Assembly: GCA_963663965.2 (NCBI GenBank) | Contig: CAXXFK010000010.1 | Span: 128,001-192,000 of the forward strand | Direction: 5' to 3' | Length of the DNA: 64,000 nt | Source: Sedimentisphaerales bacterium | GTDB lineage: Bacteria > Planctomycetota > Phycisphaerae > Sedimentisphaerales > SM23-30 | Shown here: positions 51,648-62,459 of the stretch, in pieces | Layout: every line of letters begins with the position of its first letter | Numbering within the stretch: the stretch's first letter is position 1 | The notes under the pieces: generated by a model | Database searches by the model: none | What the model saw: the letters and a program-made list of their open reading frames with translations, nothing else | What the model was told of the DNA's origin: nothing | Position numbers and translations under genes: made by a program

Positions 51648-52565
51648 ATGAGCTGTTTTTTGATGCATCTTTTCGCCTTTTTCATCATATTGATATCAAT
51701 CCCATTAATGGCCGATTCCCGCAGGATTCGAATTCAGGAAATATATCATCTGAATCCTGAAGCGACACAGCAAATTTCATCCACCATCCAGGTACCCCTG
51801 CAGCAGGATCCGGGACAACAGATTGAAACCATGGTGATTTCGCCCGCGCATAAGCAACTTTTCCAGCAAAACGGTCATTTTTATACTACTCATCATTTTG
51901 TACAACCCGAGGAACCCATTACTATCAGAATTCAAACAGATCTGATATTGACCAACCGGGATTTAAATACTGTTCTGCGACAGCCAGTGAATCCCGGCCA
52001 GACGCTGGCAGACGCCAGACCTTATCTGATTGACGAACCTTTTATTCCAACCAAACACCCTGACATACAAACACTGGCCGGTTCACTTCGATCCAACCAA
52101 CCGCAAGACACCCTATACGCCATTTACCGATACACCATCGATCATATGAACTACACGGGTTTTACACCTGAAGACCGAGGCGGTTTGTATGGCTATCAGA
52201 CCGGTCAGGGTGATTGTACTGAATACTCAGATCTGTTCGTCACGCTGGCCCGGGCCTGCGCCATACCGGCCCGCGTCGTGCAAGGGTATACCCTGGATTA
52301 TACCGAAACCCCCCGCCACACCTGGGTGGAAGCGTTCCTGACCGGATACGGATGGATTCGTTTCGATCCAACTTTCGGTGATCAAACCGATCCCACCCTT
52401 CAGGAATATTTTTTTGCACATTTAAAAAATTACTATATCGCTGTTTCTACCCGTCGCAATGATCCAGTCCTCAATAATATGCACTCGTATTATATCGAAA
52501 ATGTTGGCGGCAAACTGCAAGTTGGGATGGATACCCGATTCCAGATTGAAATTGCCGCCCAATAA
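51648..52565 (+). CDS. Transglutaminase-like domain protein
   Basis: GDCTEY, IPARVVQG, HTWVE, FDPT (Cys-His-Asp). Confidence 0.85.
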   Translation: MSCFLMHLFAFFIILISIPLMADSRRIRIQEIYHLNPEATQQISSTIQVPLQQDPGQQIETMVISPAHKQLFQQNGHFYTTHHFVQPEEPITIRIQTDLILTNRDLNTVLRQPVNPGQTLADARPYLIDEPFIPTKHPDIQTLAGSLRSNQPQDTLYAIYRYTIDHMNYTGFTPEDRGGLYGYQTGQGDCTEYSDLFVTLARACAIPARVVQGYTLDYTETPRHTWVEAFLTGYGWIRFDPTFGDQTDPTLQEYFFAHLKNYYIAVSTRRNDPVLNNMHSYYIENVGGKLQVGMDTRFQIEIAAQ

Positions 52566-52612
52566 ATGGTAAGGGTCCCTCAAAGAATTCAATCAAGCTT
52601 CAATGTTACCGG

Positions 52613-52999
52613 GTGACTCCAGAACCAACAATATTACCGGGAATAAAGATAAATACCGATCAGACCGATAATATAAATATAATTATTCAGGACTTGATAC
52701 CAATGTGGCTATTAGATAATCCAATTAATATTATTTATATACTGGGATTTGGCGTTGCCAGCCTGATCATATTGAACAGTCTGGCCGCTAAACGAAAAGA
52801 ACTGATTAAAACTTATCAAGTACTCAAAGCGGAAGAAGCAAGAATTGCAGAGGAAGAACGTCAAAAAGAAATCGAAAACATGAAACAGGAACAACTTCAG
52901 GCTGAAATGGATGAAGAACAATCCGGAAGCCAAAAAGTTAAAAAGAAGCCGGAATCAAAAGTAGCACCCGATGAAGAAGTCCTGCCTGAAATCCGATAG
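52613..52999 (+). CDS. Hypothetical single-TM protein with charged tail (start may be ATG 52703)
   Basis: One TM followed by E/K-rich helix. Confidence 0.5.
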   Translation: MTPEPTILPGIKINTDQTDNINIIIQDLIPMWLLDNPINIIYILGFGVASLIILNSLAAKRKELIKTYQVLKAEEARIAEEERQKEIENMKQEQLQAEMDEEQSGSQKVKKKPESKVAPDEEVLPEIR

Positions 53000-53131
53000 A
53001 AAACTACATAACATACTAGATATAAACAAGTTACGACCATTTAACCCTGATCGAGTATCGGATGTTGTCATTTTTTAAATTTACTCTGGCATTCTTAATC
53101 CGTTTGATATAACATTATTGTCCTGACTATG

Positions 53132-53206
<75 letters not shown>

Positions 53207-53326
53207 TTGAAACGTAAATATTGCCGGGATTACAAGTTACGACTCCCTATTCAGCCTGATAGTGCGGCATAAATTGGATAACAAAATGTACCCATGGGTA
53301 CTCCAACCCAATTTTAGGCGCTTATC

Positions 53327-54205
53327 ATGGCACGTTTAAACAAGCAGCACACCCCAGAAAAACCGGAATATTTGCGGCAGGCAAAAAGAACAGAATCGAC
53401 CGGATCGGGCTTACACGCGTATTGAGGACAGGAAGTATTACTTGGGTACATGGAACAGCCCGGAAAGCTTGCAGACTTATGCCCGTTTAATCGCTGAATC
53501 CGCCAGCGGTCGCATTATATCGGTGGGACCATCTGAAGTCATCATCATCACCGAACTATGTCGATCCTATTACGAATGGGCAGCGCATTACTATCAGAAC
53601 ATTTTACCCTACAAAGCCACGATCAATACGTTAGTGACTTTATATGGTGACTTGCTGGTCGATCAGTTTTCCCCCTTAAAGTGACAGGCCGTTATGGAAT
53701 GGTTTGTGAAAAAAGGACTATCCTGGAAAGAATGCAATGCCAGAATGAGGATCGCGCGTGGAATCTTCCGCTGGGGAGTAGCACGCGAACTGGTCCCCCC
53801 TACTGTATTACAGGGACTGCAAGCCGTTTCCGGTCTTAAACGGGGACGCACCCAGGCCCCCGAAACCGAACCCATCAAACCGGCCAAATTTATTCATATT
53901 GAATGGTCTTTGCCTCACCTGTTATCCGTGGTAGCGGATGCAGTGGAAGTGCTTTTGTTAACGGGTGCGCGCTTTTCTGAGGTGTTAAGGCTGAAGGTAC
54001 AGGATATTATCATGGAAGATAACATCTGGCATTCCCGCTTGAATGAACATCAAACCGCTAACCGGGGTAAAGAACGCAATCTCTATTATGGTCCCCAGGC
54101 CCGGCGATTCTGAAAGACCGCATGACCGGCAAAGGGTTTGATGGATATCTGTTTTCTCCCAAAGATGCCGTTCAGGAGCGGGCCAGTAAATTTGAAACAG
54201 CGTAA
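53327..54205 (+). pseudogene. Tyrosine integrase pseudogene
   Basis: YYLGTWNSPES, FRWG..ELVP, TGARFSEV, YLFSP; frameshifts near 53385 and 54105, in-frame TGA at 53682; truncated before HxxR/Tyr. Confidence 0.88.
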
Positions 54206-54297
54206 CCGGTAGAGTCGCCAATGTACTCGCGCTGAGTATCAGAGACACACATAAAACTGCACTTATTTTCATTTTGCCTGCTGTTCGAGTTGATTTA

Positions 54298-55854
54298 CTA
54301 TTGCATCCAATGATTACTAAGCAGCATAAATTCATAAATATCAACCGCCCCATCCGCATTGACGTCGCATAATCGTGGAATACTGCTTCGCCATGCTCGT
54401 AAATCATTCAGTAATTCCATTGTTTTAACCGGATTAGTATGTTTAAGATCGGTCTTTTCCGATAAATCCTCGGACAGATGAAATAATTCAACAGCCCCGG
54501 TATTTAAATTTTCGACCAGTTTCCAATCCCGTTTACGTATTGCGCTTTGGTTATTATGCGGATAATACCAGCATAACGCATCCCGATTCAGCGTTGCCTG
54601 GGGATGGGTAAATAAAGATACTAAAGAAAGTCCATCCATCGGCTGATCGGAAGGCAATCGGGTAGTGGTGATCTCAGCGAAAGTCGGATAAAAATCACAG
54701 CTGCCCACCGGCTCATCACACGTACTGCCGGATTGAATATGCCCGGGCCAGCTTATTATAAGAGGCACTCGAATACCCCCCTCGTATAAATTTCCTTTGG
54801 CGCCGCGCAACGGACCATTGGTAGTCACATTACCGGCGCCGCCGTTATCTCCCATAAACACAATTATCGTATTGTCCAGAAGATGATACTCGGTCAGTTT
54901 GGCGATGATCGCACCGACCCCTTCATCGATCGTATAAAGTTGAGACGCCAGGTGGGGATTGTTTGGCTTTGAATCGGGTCCGATTCCACTGCCCGGCTTG
55001 GACTCAAAATGTTCGACCAGATGAGGCTTCCCATCAAGAACGGTGTGTACGGCATAATGACTCAAATAGAGGAAAAAGGGCTCTTTCTGATGCCGTTCAA
55101 TAAAATTCAACGCTTCGTAATTACAACGATCCACCAGATATTCATCATTGGGGTATAAGGGATCCAATACTTTCGGAGCCTTCGGCAAATCAGGCATCAT
55201 AATCGTCCCATTACCACGATAGGGCCACCAATAATCTCCATTGGCAATATAACGCGTCGCCCCGGCCAGATTTTCGTCAAAGCCCTGTTGTGTGGGTGGA
55301 ATGGGGTCCGGATCCCCATCATCGGCATAGCAGGATAGATGCCATTTCCCCACAATTCCGGTAGCATATCCCCGAGGTTTCAGCGCTTCGGCAACAGTGG
55401 TATAAGCCCTTGGCAGATTTTTGTCAAAATCGTACCGGTCAAGCCATTTCAAAATTCCAATACGAACCGGAACCTGCCCGGTCATTAAGCTGGCCCGGTC
55501 CGGAGAACAAACCGGAGCCGACGCATAAGCATTGGTAAAACGCATCCCGCCAGTTGCCAAGGAGTCCAAATGCGGCGTTTCATTATAAGTGTTGCCATAG
55601 CAATTCAATTCATACCAACCCAGATCGTCCGCTAAAATAAAAATGATATTGGGAGTCATGTCCGCCCGGCTGGCAGCGGCTGTGAGCGAAAAACCGATCA
55701 GGACCAGACTAATACAATACCTCCTCCAATCAAATGACTTAAAGACATTTTCTAATCGTATTGAACGGTTTGGTCTATCATGCCACACACTCGGAACAAT
55801 ATTTAAAGTGAATCCAATGGTCTCATTTATCTTTGATCTCATCGCCATAACCAC
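54298..55854 (-). CDS. S1-family sulfatase with C-terminal dockerin-like repeat (start uncertain)
   Basis: ADDLG, CSPDR, GKWHL, GDNG, YEGGIRVP; CDVNADGAVDIYEF..W. Confidence 0.92.
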   Translation of the reverse strand: MVMAMRSKINETIGFTLNIVPSVWHDRPNRSIRLENVFKSFDWRRYCISLVLIGFSLTAAASRADMTPNIIFILADDLGWYELNCYGNTYNETPHLDSLATGGMRFTNAYASAPVCSPDRASLMTGQVPVRIGILKWLDRYDFDKNLPRAYTTVAEALKPRGYATGIVGKWHLSCYADDGDPDPIPPTQQGFDENLAGATRYIANGDYWWPYRGNGTIMMPDLPKAPKVLDPLYPNDEYLVDRCNYEALNFIERHQKEPFFLYLSHYAVHTVLDGKPHLVEHFESKPGSGIGPDSKPNNPHLASQLYTIDEGVGAIIAKLTEYHLLDNTIIVFMGDNGGAGNVTTNGPLRGAKGNLYEGGIRVPLIISWPGHIQSGSTCDEPVGSCDFYPTFAEITTTRLPSDQPMDGLSLVSLFTHPQATLNRDALCWYYPHNNQSAIRKRDWKLVENLNTGAVELFHLSEDLSEKTDLKHTNPVKTMELLNDLRAWRSSIPRLCDVNADGAVDIYEFMLLSNHWMQ

Positions 55855-58800
55855 TCACATATCTGTGGATCATTACAGTCCAGCCATGTATCGACAAACT
55901 CCGAAAGGTCGTCCATAGTGACTCCGGTAAGATCCTCATAATTCACATGACAATCATTATTAAAGTCGTATTTTAAGGCATATCCCATCGCAATAGCATC
56001 AGCACAATTTACCGGAACGGAGGCATTGTATAGATACAGTTTGTCAGTATCCGGACAGACAATCGCCAGCCATTTGCCATCCGGTGACCAGGCCATGCCA
56101 TTCACACCAACATTCAAATAAGCATTGGTGATTTCCGCCGTTGTGGCAGCAATAAATTGATTGGCGCCAGATGGAACGGCATTGACAACATCAATACGCC
56201 AGATAGTCCGTGGATACAGCAAGCTGTTCGCACCATCGGCCGCCGTCGCCAGCCAGATCGATCCATTAGTCGGATTGACCACGATCGCATCATCACAACG
56301 GGATGCCGCCCCACCGCGAGTAATGTCTATATCCAGAAAAATCTTCTGGATAATGCCATCGGCTTTGACCCGGCTGATATATGGCCGATTTACACCATCC
56401 AGCCTGGCCAAGGGGATCGTCATTGGAACCAGGTAGCAATAGCCGTCAATCTCGCTGGCGCATCCCCGAATATCAGAAGTAAAGTAATCCGAGGTATCTT
56501 CCCAGATTACGGTGTACGCCGGTGAAGATTCGGTGCTGGATGAATCCAGGATCACAACGGCCTCGTTATCATCCCCATCTAACCCACTATCGATGATTAT
56601 CAAATCCGTTCCCGCATCATAGTCACCGCCGAAACCGGCCGGCACCATCATAACGCTTTGGATATTATCATCTCCGGCGTTACGATAATTGCCAATCATA
56701 TCCGAGTTGGAAGGACTGCCACCGGGATCGATAACCTTGCGGACCGCCGGTTCATCATTATAACAAACATAGACATCACCGTTATTATCGACTGCGCAGC
56801 CGTAAGGATTCTCGTACGATCCCAGTCTCAATCTCCCGCTGGTGCTTCCATCGAAAAGACTGACGGAATACAACCCCCGTTCACTACTGGTGGACACCCG
56901 GTTAACAAAGAATACCCGGTCATAATTGCCCTTAACGACATGCGTGGGATCGAAAGCCAGACCGCTGCCAACCCAATCCACCGACTGGTCCAGCACAAAC
57001 GATTTCCCAGGACCCGCGATATGTTTGCCGTAAATTTCAGCAGGTCGGGGAAGCTGCTGACCAAAAATAAATGGCAAAGTAAACTCACTGGATCGATAAT
57101 CACTTTCTGGAAGCAAACTACCCGTCCCATCGTTTCCATAGTTAAACGCCGCCCAGTTATGGGCATAATTGCTGCCGTCCGTTAGTGAGGCATGGCTGCT
57201 GAATGTATTCAGGATGGTCGAATAGGTCTCCACTCGAATCGTATTGGTTTGCGGACTGAATTCCAGCAGCCGAATCCAACCGCCCCCATTGCCTAAATTG
57301 GCGCCACTATGACATCGCTGATAGTCGGCCATCATCTGGTGGACATTGAAGCCGGCGCTGTTCTGATCCGTTCGACGGGCGCTGGTTCCAAAAACATAAA
57401 CATCATCTTCACAATAATGACCGCAGAATAACATAAAAATCTGTGGATTGACTTTAATAAAATCATTCCACACGGCCTGAGGTCCGTTCAAGGCATAGCC
57501 ATTGCGCAACGAGGCTCCGGGATACCCCCCTCCGGGACCCAGAAATTTATGAGTCGTCAGAATCGTTGGAAATCCCGGATGCGTATCAATCACGTTCTGC
57601 GCCCAGTTCAAAACGGCATCGCGTGGTTCACATTCGAAAGCAATATGTAGAAAATCGATATCCCCCACGCTAAAAGTCTGCCAACTGGTCATGCCGCTGG
57701 TATCGGCGCTATTAATATAAGCATCGCCATACCAACTCTTATCCCGGAAATAATCGGTATCCGGACCAAAATACTGATTCCAATCCGTCGCACCATGAAT
57801 CGGATCGCCGTTGACATCATAGTCGTGGTTGCCCGGAGCCATCCCAAAAGGAATCGTGTTGAGCAGCTTGTTCATGGCCGATTTCACCCGACTGTATTGC
57901 GTCTCGTTTGATGTCATGACAATATCGCCTTCATGAGCAACAAAAGCAATATTCATAGCATTGGCATTATCGACAATATACTGTAATTCATCCTTAAACA
58001 GATTAATACTGGCCGGCTGATTGCTGTGATTCGGATAGCCCTGACTATCGGGAATTGCCACCACTGTGAAATTTTTGCCGGAGACTGGTTCATAAACAGC
58101 ATACTTGGCGTTCAGATAGCTCGATACCTGCCGCATCTGTGCCGGTGTCAACTGAGCATTATAAACCAGCACCTCGGCGATGTCCCCATCGTACCAGTTA
58201 ATCAGACCGTAGGTCGGGTGCCAGCCGGCCCCCACGGTCATATCATTGTTGCCGTTATCAAAGTAAATATTCGTATCGGCCGCATTGGTACTGGTCTGAA
58301 CCAGCGAAATATCGTCAATACGATACCAGACGCTGCCGTACCCACCGCCCTGAGCAATCTGTCGTGAGCTGATATGCCACTGACCGTGATGAAACGGACT
58401 GCTGGACAGGCAATAGCCGTTATTAAAGCGAATACCACTCTGATTGGCGGAGACATCACAACCGAAACATTTACCGGCAGTGCCACCGGTTTTACCAATC
58501 TGGACGACGCGTTGCTCAGTAGTGGCAACCCCACCGGTACAAACCATAAAAACGGTCACTCCCTGCATCTTGTCCCAACTCCAGATATCCGATACCAACA
58601 CCTGTTTTTCAAAATCTGGCGCAGCGTCACCCTCCGACGGACGAGTGAAGCGAACAGCCGGCAGCCCATTGAGTACGTTCAACACATAGATCGGCGTGCC
58701 AAACCCTGATACAGCAGATACCGTTCCATCGACGGAGTCATCGGTTGCGGAATCCGGCCATACCGCCACCATGTCATTATTACTGAGAGACAGAGAATCA

Positions 58801-59645
58801 GCTTTCAGATGGATTATCAAATCTTCTGTAAGCGGTCCGTCCAAATCATACTTTTCTTTCAAATAGTTAGAAATCTGCTTTAGCTGACCGGGAGTTAACA
58901 CATTGTTATAAACCAGAATTTCCGCTATATCCCCGGTATAAAAATCGTTATTTGCCCACTCCCCGCTAACCATACCGTTTCCAAGACTGAAACTATTACC
59001 GGCAGTTGGCAATGTCGTGGTACGGGTGGGATTATTGATGTTATCCAATACGATTGAATGGCCGTCAATTGAAAAGGCAGCATTTTGATGCTGATCTCCC
59101 TGAGCCATTTGCCAAACACCTATATGAAAGCCGGTTGTCAGTAAATTACCCAATTTTGCCAGTGAACGACCATTATTAAAACGAAAACCACTGCCCCCGT
59201 CATTTGCCGTACGATTAATTGACACATCCAAACCGATGACATTTCCATTCCCACCGAAAGCGTCTCCGAGTTGGCCCAGGCGTTCACCATCCTGGCCGGA
59301 ATTGTCTCCAGTAAACAGCGCAACAACGGTTATTCCCACTCCAGAATCAGGCAGAGCAAACTGACTCGCGGTACTCAGAATATCATCAGAAAACCGGACG
59401 ATCGGAAGCCCGCCCAGAATATTTGAATGCCAGGTTGGCATACTTTGCCCGGAAACCGGGCTCAGTGTACCGTCAATCCCATCATCGACAGCGGAATCGG
59501 GCCAAGCCACAACGTCAGCACCATCACTTAATCCCGCAATGGCATCTGCTTTCAGGTGAATAATCAGATTTTCAGTATTCGGTAATACCACCCCGAATAT
59601 ACTTATCTGGCACAACAAAACTATGACAATGATCCGCTTAGTCAT
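55839..59645 (-). CDS. Secreted multidomain protein: 2 LamG/ConA-like domains, calcineurin-like metallophosphoesterase, probable beta-propeller, dockerin-like tail
   Basis: Start reassigned to MTKRII; repeats LIIHLKAD..GDIAE.LVYN; PDSQ, EGDIV, GNHD, TTH, CGH; DFNNDCHVNYEDL. Confidence 0.82.
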   Translation of the reverse strand: MTKRIIVIVLLCQISIFGVVLPNTENLIIHLKADAIAGLSDGADVVAWPDSAVDDGIDGTLSPVSGQSMPTWHSNILGGLPIVRFSDDILSTASQFALPDSGVGITVVALFTGDNSGQDGERLGQLGDAFGGNGNVIGLDVSINRTANDGGSGFRFNNGRSLAKLGNLLTTGFHIGVWQMAQGDQHQNAAFSIDGHSIVLDNINNPTRTTTLPTAGNSFSLGNGMVSGEWANNDFYTGDIAEILVYNNVLTPGQLKQISNYLKEKYDLDGPLTEDLIIHLKADSLSLSNNDMVAVWPDSATDDSVDGTVSAVSGFGTPIYVLNVLNGLPAVRFTRPSEGDAAPDFEKQVLVSDIWSWDKMQGVTVFMVCTGGVATTEQRVVQIGKTGGTAGKCFGCDVSANQSGIRFNNGYCLSSSPFHHGQWHISSRQIAQGGGYGSVWYRIDDISLVQTSTNAADTNIYFDNGNNDMTVGAGWHPTYGLINWYDGDIAEVLVYNAQLTPAQMRQVSSYLNAKYAVYEPVSGKNFTVVAIPDSQGYPNHSNQPASINLFKDELQYIVDNANAMNIAFVAHEGDIVMTSNETQYSRVKSAMNKLLNTIPFGMAPGNHDYDVNGDPIHGATDWNQYFGPDTDYFRDKSWYGDAYINSADTSGMTSWQTFSVGDIDFLHIAFECEPRDAVLNWAQNVIDTHPGFPTILTTHKFLGPGGGYPGASLRNGYALNGPQAVWNDFIKVNPQIFMLFCGHYCEDDVYVFGTSARRTDQNSAGFNVHQMMADYQRCHSGANLGNGGGWIRLLEFSPQTNTIRVETYSTILNTFSSHASLTDGSNYAHNWAAFNYGNDGTGSLLPESDYRSSEFTLPFIFGQQLPRPAEIYGKHIAGPGKSFVLDQSVDWVGSGLAFDPTHVVKGNYDRVFFVNRVSTSSERGLYSVSLFDGSTSGRLRLGSYENPYGCAVDNNGDVYVCYNDEPAVRKVIDPGGSPSNSDMIGNYRNAGDDNIQSVMMVPAGFGGDYDAGTDLIIIDSGLDGDDNEAVVILDSSSTESSPAYTVIWEDTSDYFTSDIRGCASEIDGYCYLVPMTIPLARLDGVNRPYISRVKADGIIQKIFLDIDITRGGAASRCDDAIVVNPTNGSIWLATAADGANSLLYPRTIWRIDVVNAVPSGANQFIAATTAEITNAYLNVGVNGMAWSPDGKWLAIVCPDTDKLYLYNASVPVNCADAIAMGYALKYDFNNDCHVNYEDLTGVTMDDLSEFVDTWLDCNDPQICEWLWR

Positions 59646-59720
59646 ACGACTGTCCCCCCATGACAACCATTTTTGCACTGATTTATCATCATATAATATT
59701 ATGACATCTCAAAGAGATTC

Positions 59721-60836
59721 TTATTTCTTCTTTTCTGCATCCGCCAGATGCACTTCAATTTGTACCGGCAGCCCCTTATCCGGTGCAACCAGCATATTTT
59801 TCACTTCATAGGACAATATCTGTCTATCTTTCCCTTTCGGCATATTGATATTGACCAGTATCGAGGAACGAGCTGGAATTGCCAATTGCGCCGGTCCGAC
59901 TTTACCAACACGCTCAAGATTGAGATTCAGAAACGATCGATTGGTAATCTGGAAGAAACGCTCATTCCCCCGGCTGTGATGAACCGGGGAAACCGATACG
60001 GCAACATCATACATCGCTTGAAGATACGTCTGACGGCCAATCAGCTCATTGGATTTCCAGACCAGCGTGCGACCCGCAAACAACGCTTCCCGGATTGCTT
60101 CGACACTGCGCTGGCGGGCCATCACCAGCGTCAGGGTTCGATGCTTTTCCGGCGTGTAAACATAATCAATTGAAGGCGCGTGCATATCCGACGATCCGAT
60201 CATGGTCATATTTTTTTCCAGACACCATTGATGCGCCAATGGATAATAGGTCCCCCCGTTGGCCACTTCCATGCCATGCAGCCATTTATTCTCATAGATC
60301 TCGGTCTTCAAATCACTCCATTGACCTGCGGTTATGCCTTTCCACGTATGATGATTCCAGAATACGAATCCTTGCTGTTCGGAGGCGGCCCGGGCCGCAT
60401 CGATCAGTTGAGGATGATTAACCGGCTCAATTTCAGTCAAAAAAATCGCGTTGTGATGCCCTGGCGGCGTTGGTTTGGAAATCTCGCCCCCTTTGATCAG
60501 CAGTACGTTTCTTTCCCGGGCAACCGGTGCGGCAACCTCATACGGCCGCTCAAGATTGGCAGGAATATCGTCATGGTACTTCTGATGTTCGATATGGTCT
60601 GACAACGCAATGGCATCCAGACCTTCACGCATCGCTTCTTCAATCCGTTCAGTTGGCCAAACCCGTCCGTCCGAAAAGACGGTATGCATATGGAAGTCAC
60701 ATACCAATGTCTCATAGCCATTCATATCAGGGAAATAAGGCAGCGCGGGCCGCTGCTTAGCCGCCAGCAACACGGTGCTGATTGTTAAGATACCAATCCA
60801 TAAGTTATTTTTAACGAATTTCACAATCGCCTCCAA
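59721..60836 (-). CDS. Secreted PHP-domain phosphodiesterase-like protein, paralog 2
   Basis: DFHMHT..SDG, SDHIE, GHHNA, WNH, SSDMH. Confidence 0.88.
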   Translation of the reverse strand: MEAIVKFVKNNLWIGILTISTVLLAAKQRPALPYFPDMNGYETLVCDFHMHTVFSDGRVWPTERIEEAMREGLDAIALSDHIEHQKYHDDIPANLERPYEVAAPVARERNVLLIKGGEISKPTPPGHHNAIFLTEIEPVNHPQLIDAARAASEQQGFVFWNHHTWKGITAGQWSDLKTEIYENKWLHGMEVANGGTYYPLAHQWCLEKNMTMIGSSDMHAPSIDYVYTPEKHRTLTLVMARQRSVEAIREALFAGRTLVWKSNELIGRQTYLQAMYDVAVSVSPVHHSRGNERFFQITNRSFLNLNLERVGKVGPAQLAIPARSSILVNINMPKGKDRQILSYEVKNMLVAPDKGLPVQIEVHLADAEKKK

Positions 60837-60943
60837 ATAATATACTTATCACTTTGTTCATAAGATTGATCCGTCTGTCACTAAATGATATGATGACCTT
60901 TTCAAACATGGCATGCCGCTTTTGCCAGGTTTTCTTTCGCGAT

Positions 60944-62050
60944 TCAGGGCAGAGACACCTCAATTTGAACGGGCAGCCCCTTTTCCGGTTCAATCAACAT
61001 ATTTTTTACCTCATAAGACATCATCTGCGAGCTTTTACCTTCCGGCATATTCACACTGATTTGAACAGTCGAACGGGCCGGAATCCATATAAAATTCGGG
61101 CCGATTTTGCCGACGCGTTTAAGATCTAAATTCAAAAATGAGTGATTAGTCATTTCAAAGAAACGCTCAGTCTCTTTACTGTGATACACTTGAGACACCA
61201 TCACAGAAGCGTCATAGAGCTTTTGAAGATATTCTGGCTGACCAATCATTTGATTTTTGAACCAAACCGCTGTGCGTCCCGCTCTGAGGGCCTCCTGGAG
61301 TGATTCCAAACTGTGTTCCCGGGCAAATACCAGGGTCAGCGATCGATGATTGTCCGGGGTGTAATCATAATAAAAAGACGAAGTATGAAGATCCGTGTTG
61401 CCCAGCATGGCAAGATTCTTGTCAAGGCACCAGCGATGCGCGTTCGGATAATAACTGTCCCCGTTAACCACTTCCATCCCATGGAGCCACCCATGTTCCA
61501 CCATCGTTGTCTGAACCTCACTCCATTTGCCCGGTTCCTCACCTTTCCAGGCATGATGATTCCAAAAGACAAAGGCGTGCTGCTGATTGGCTTGTTCGAT
61601 CGCCCCCAAAAACTCATCCTTCACCAGCGGATTGACATCCTCCAGAAATAAGGCATTGTAATGACCCGGCGGAGTTTTACGGGTAATCTCTGCGGCTTTA
61701 ACCAACATGATACCCATTTCTTCCGCCCTGACCCCAGCGATCTCATAAGAACGATTATGCTGGGTCGGAATATCGTCTTTATGGGGTTGATACTCGATAT
61801 GATCACTGATGGAAATGGCATCCAATCCTTCACAATAGGCTTCATCGATACGCACCGTCGGCCAAACCAGCCCATCGGAAAAGACGCTATGTGTGTGTAA
61901 ATCACACAGTAGCGTCTGATACCCTTCGATGTCAGGAAAATACGGCACCGCCGGCCGTTTCAGCATCGGTTTGACAGCCATCAAATCAGAACTGATTATT
62001 AAGATAGCAATCCATAGGATATTCAATTTCTTTTTCACACTTATCTCCAT
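60944..62050 (-). CDS. Secreted PHP-domain phosphodiesterase-like protein, paralog 1
   Basis: DLHTHS..SDG, SDHIE, GHYNA, WNH, NTDLH. Confidence 0.88.
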   Translation of the reverse strand: MEISVKKKLNILWIAILIISSDLMAVKPMLKRPAVPYFPDIEGYQTLLCDLHTHSVFSDGLVWPTVRIDEAYCEGLDAISISDHIEYQPHKDDIPTQHNRSYEIAGVRAEEMGIMLVKAAEITRKTPPGHYNALFLEDVNPLVKDEFLGAIEQANQQHAFVFWNHHAWKGEEPGKWSEVQTTMVEHGWLHGMEVVNGDSYYPNAHRWCLDKNLAMLGNTDLHTSSFYYDYTPDNHRSLTLVFAREHSLESLQEALRAGRTAVWFKNQMIGQPEYLQKLYDASVMVSQVYHSKETERFFEMTNHSFLNLDLKRVGKIGPNFIWIPARSTVQISVNMPEGKSSQMMSYEVKNMLIEPEKGLPVQIEVSLP

Positions 62051-62146
62051 AATTTTATCTCTTTATTTCTAGTAGAAGACTTCTATACGGGACAGCTCGG
62101 TCTCAGGACAATATCCTTCTCACGGGATATCGATAAGACATTCGAT

Positions 62147-62185
62147 ATGCCCTGCCGGAATGACAAACAACAACCGACAGGGCAT
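62147..62185 (-). other. 12-bp stem hairpin in the operon leader
   Basis: ATGCCCTGTCGG...CCGGCAGGGCAT on the minus strand (one G-U pair); no clear U-tract. Confidence 0.45.
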
Positions 62186-62459
62186 TTCAATGCTTAAATG
62201 GTTATTATCTGATCATTATGACTGAGGACAGGCTGATTCCGGATACGGGCCGCGAAATCAGCCCTTTACGAGTCATTACTCATTTTGCCAGCGATCAGGA
62301 ATTTTCATACCCATTGGGTATTATTCTTTTCAAACGATGAATAACTCAATCGAAACAATCACTTTTTCTTGTATTATCAACATTTTAGACTAATTATGCA
62401 TTGTCTCTGGTTGATTCAGTTGATGTATGAAAACTATTTTCCGTGAATTACTGATAGAA

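Noticed and set aside
51648..52565. Transglutaminase-like protein as a CheD-type receptor deamidase
   Set aside because: Has an N-terminal export-like segment, a different fold from CheD, and is separated from cheR by another gene
53682..53684. In-frame TGA in the integrase as selenocysteine or recoding
   Set aside because: The gene also has two frameshifts and a truncation; other genes in the window use TGA as stop
53985..54407. 140-aa minus-strand ORF
   Set aside because: Overlaps the sulfatase end and the integrase remnant, with no recognisable motif
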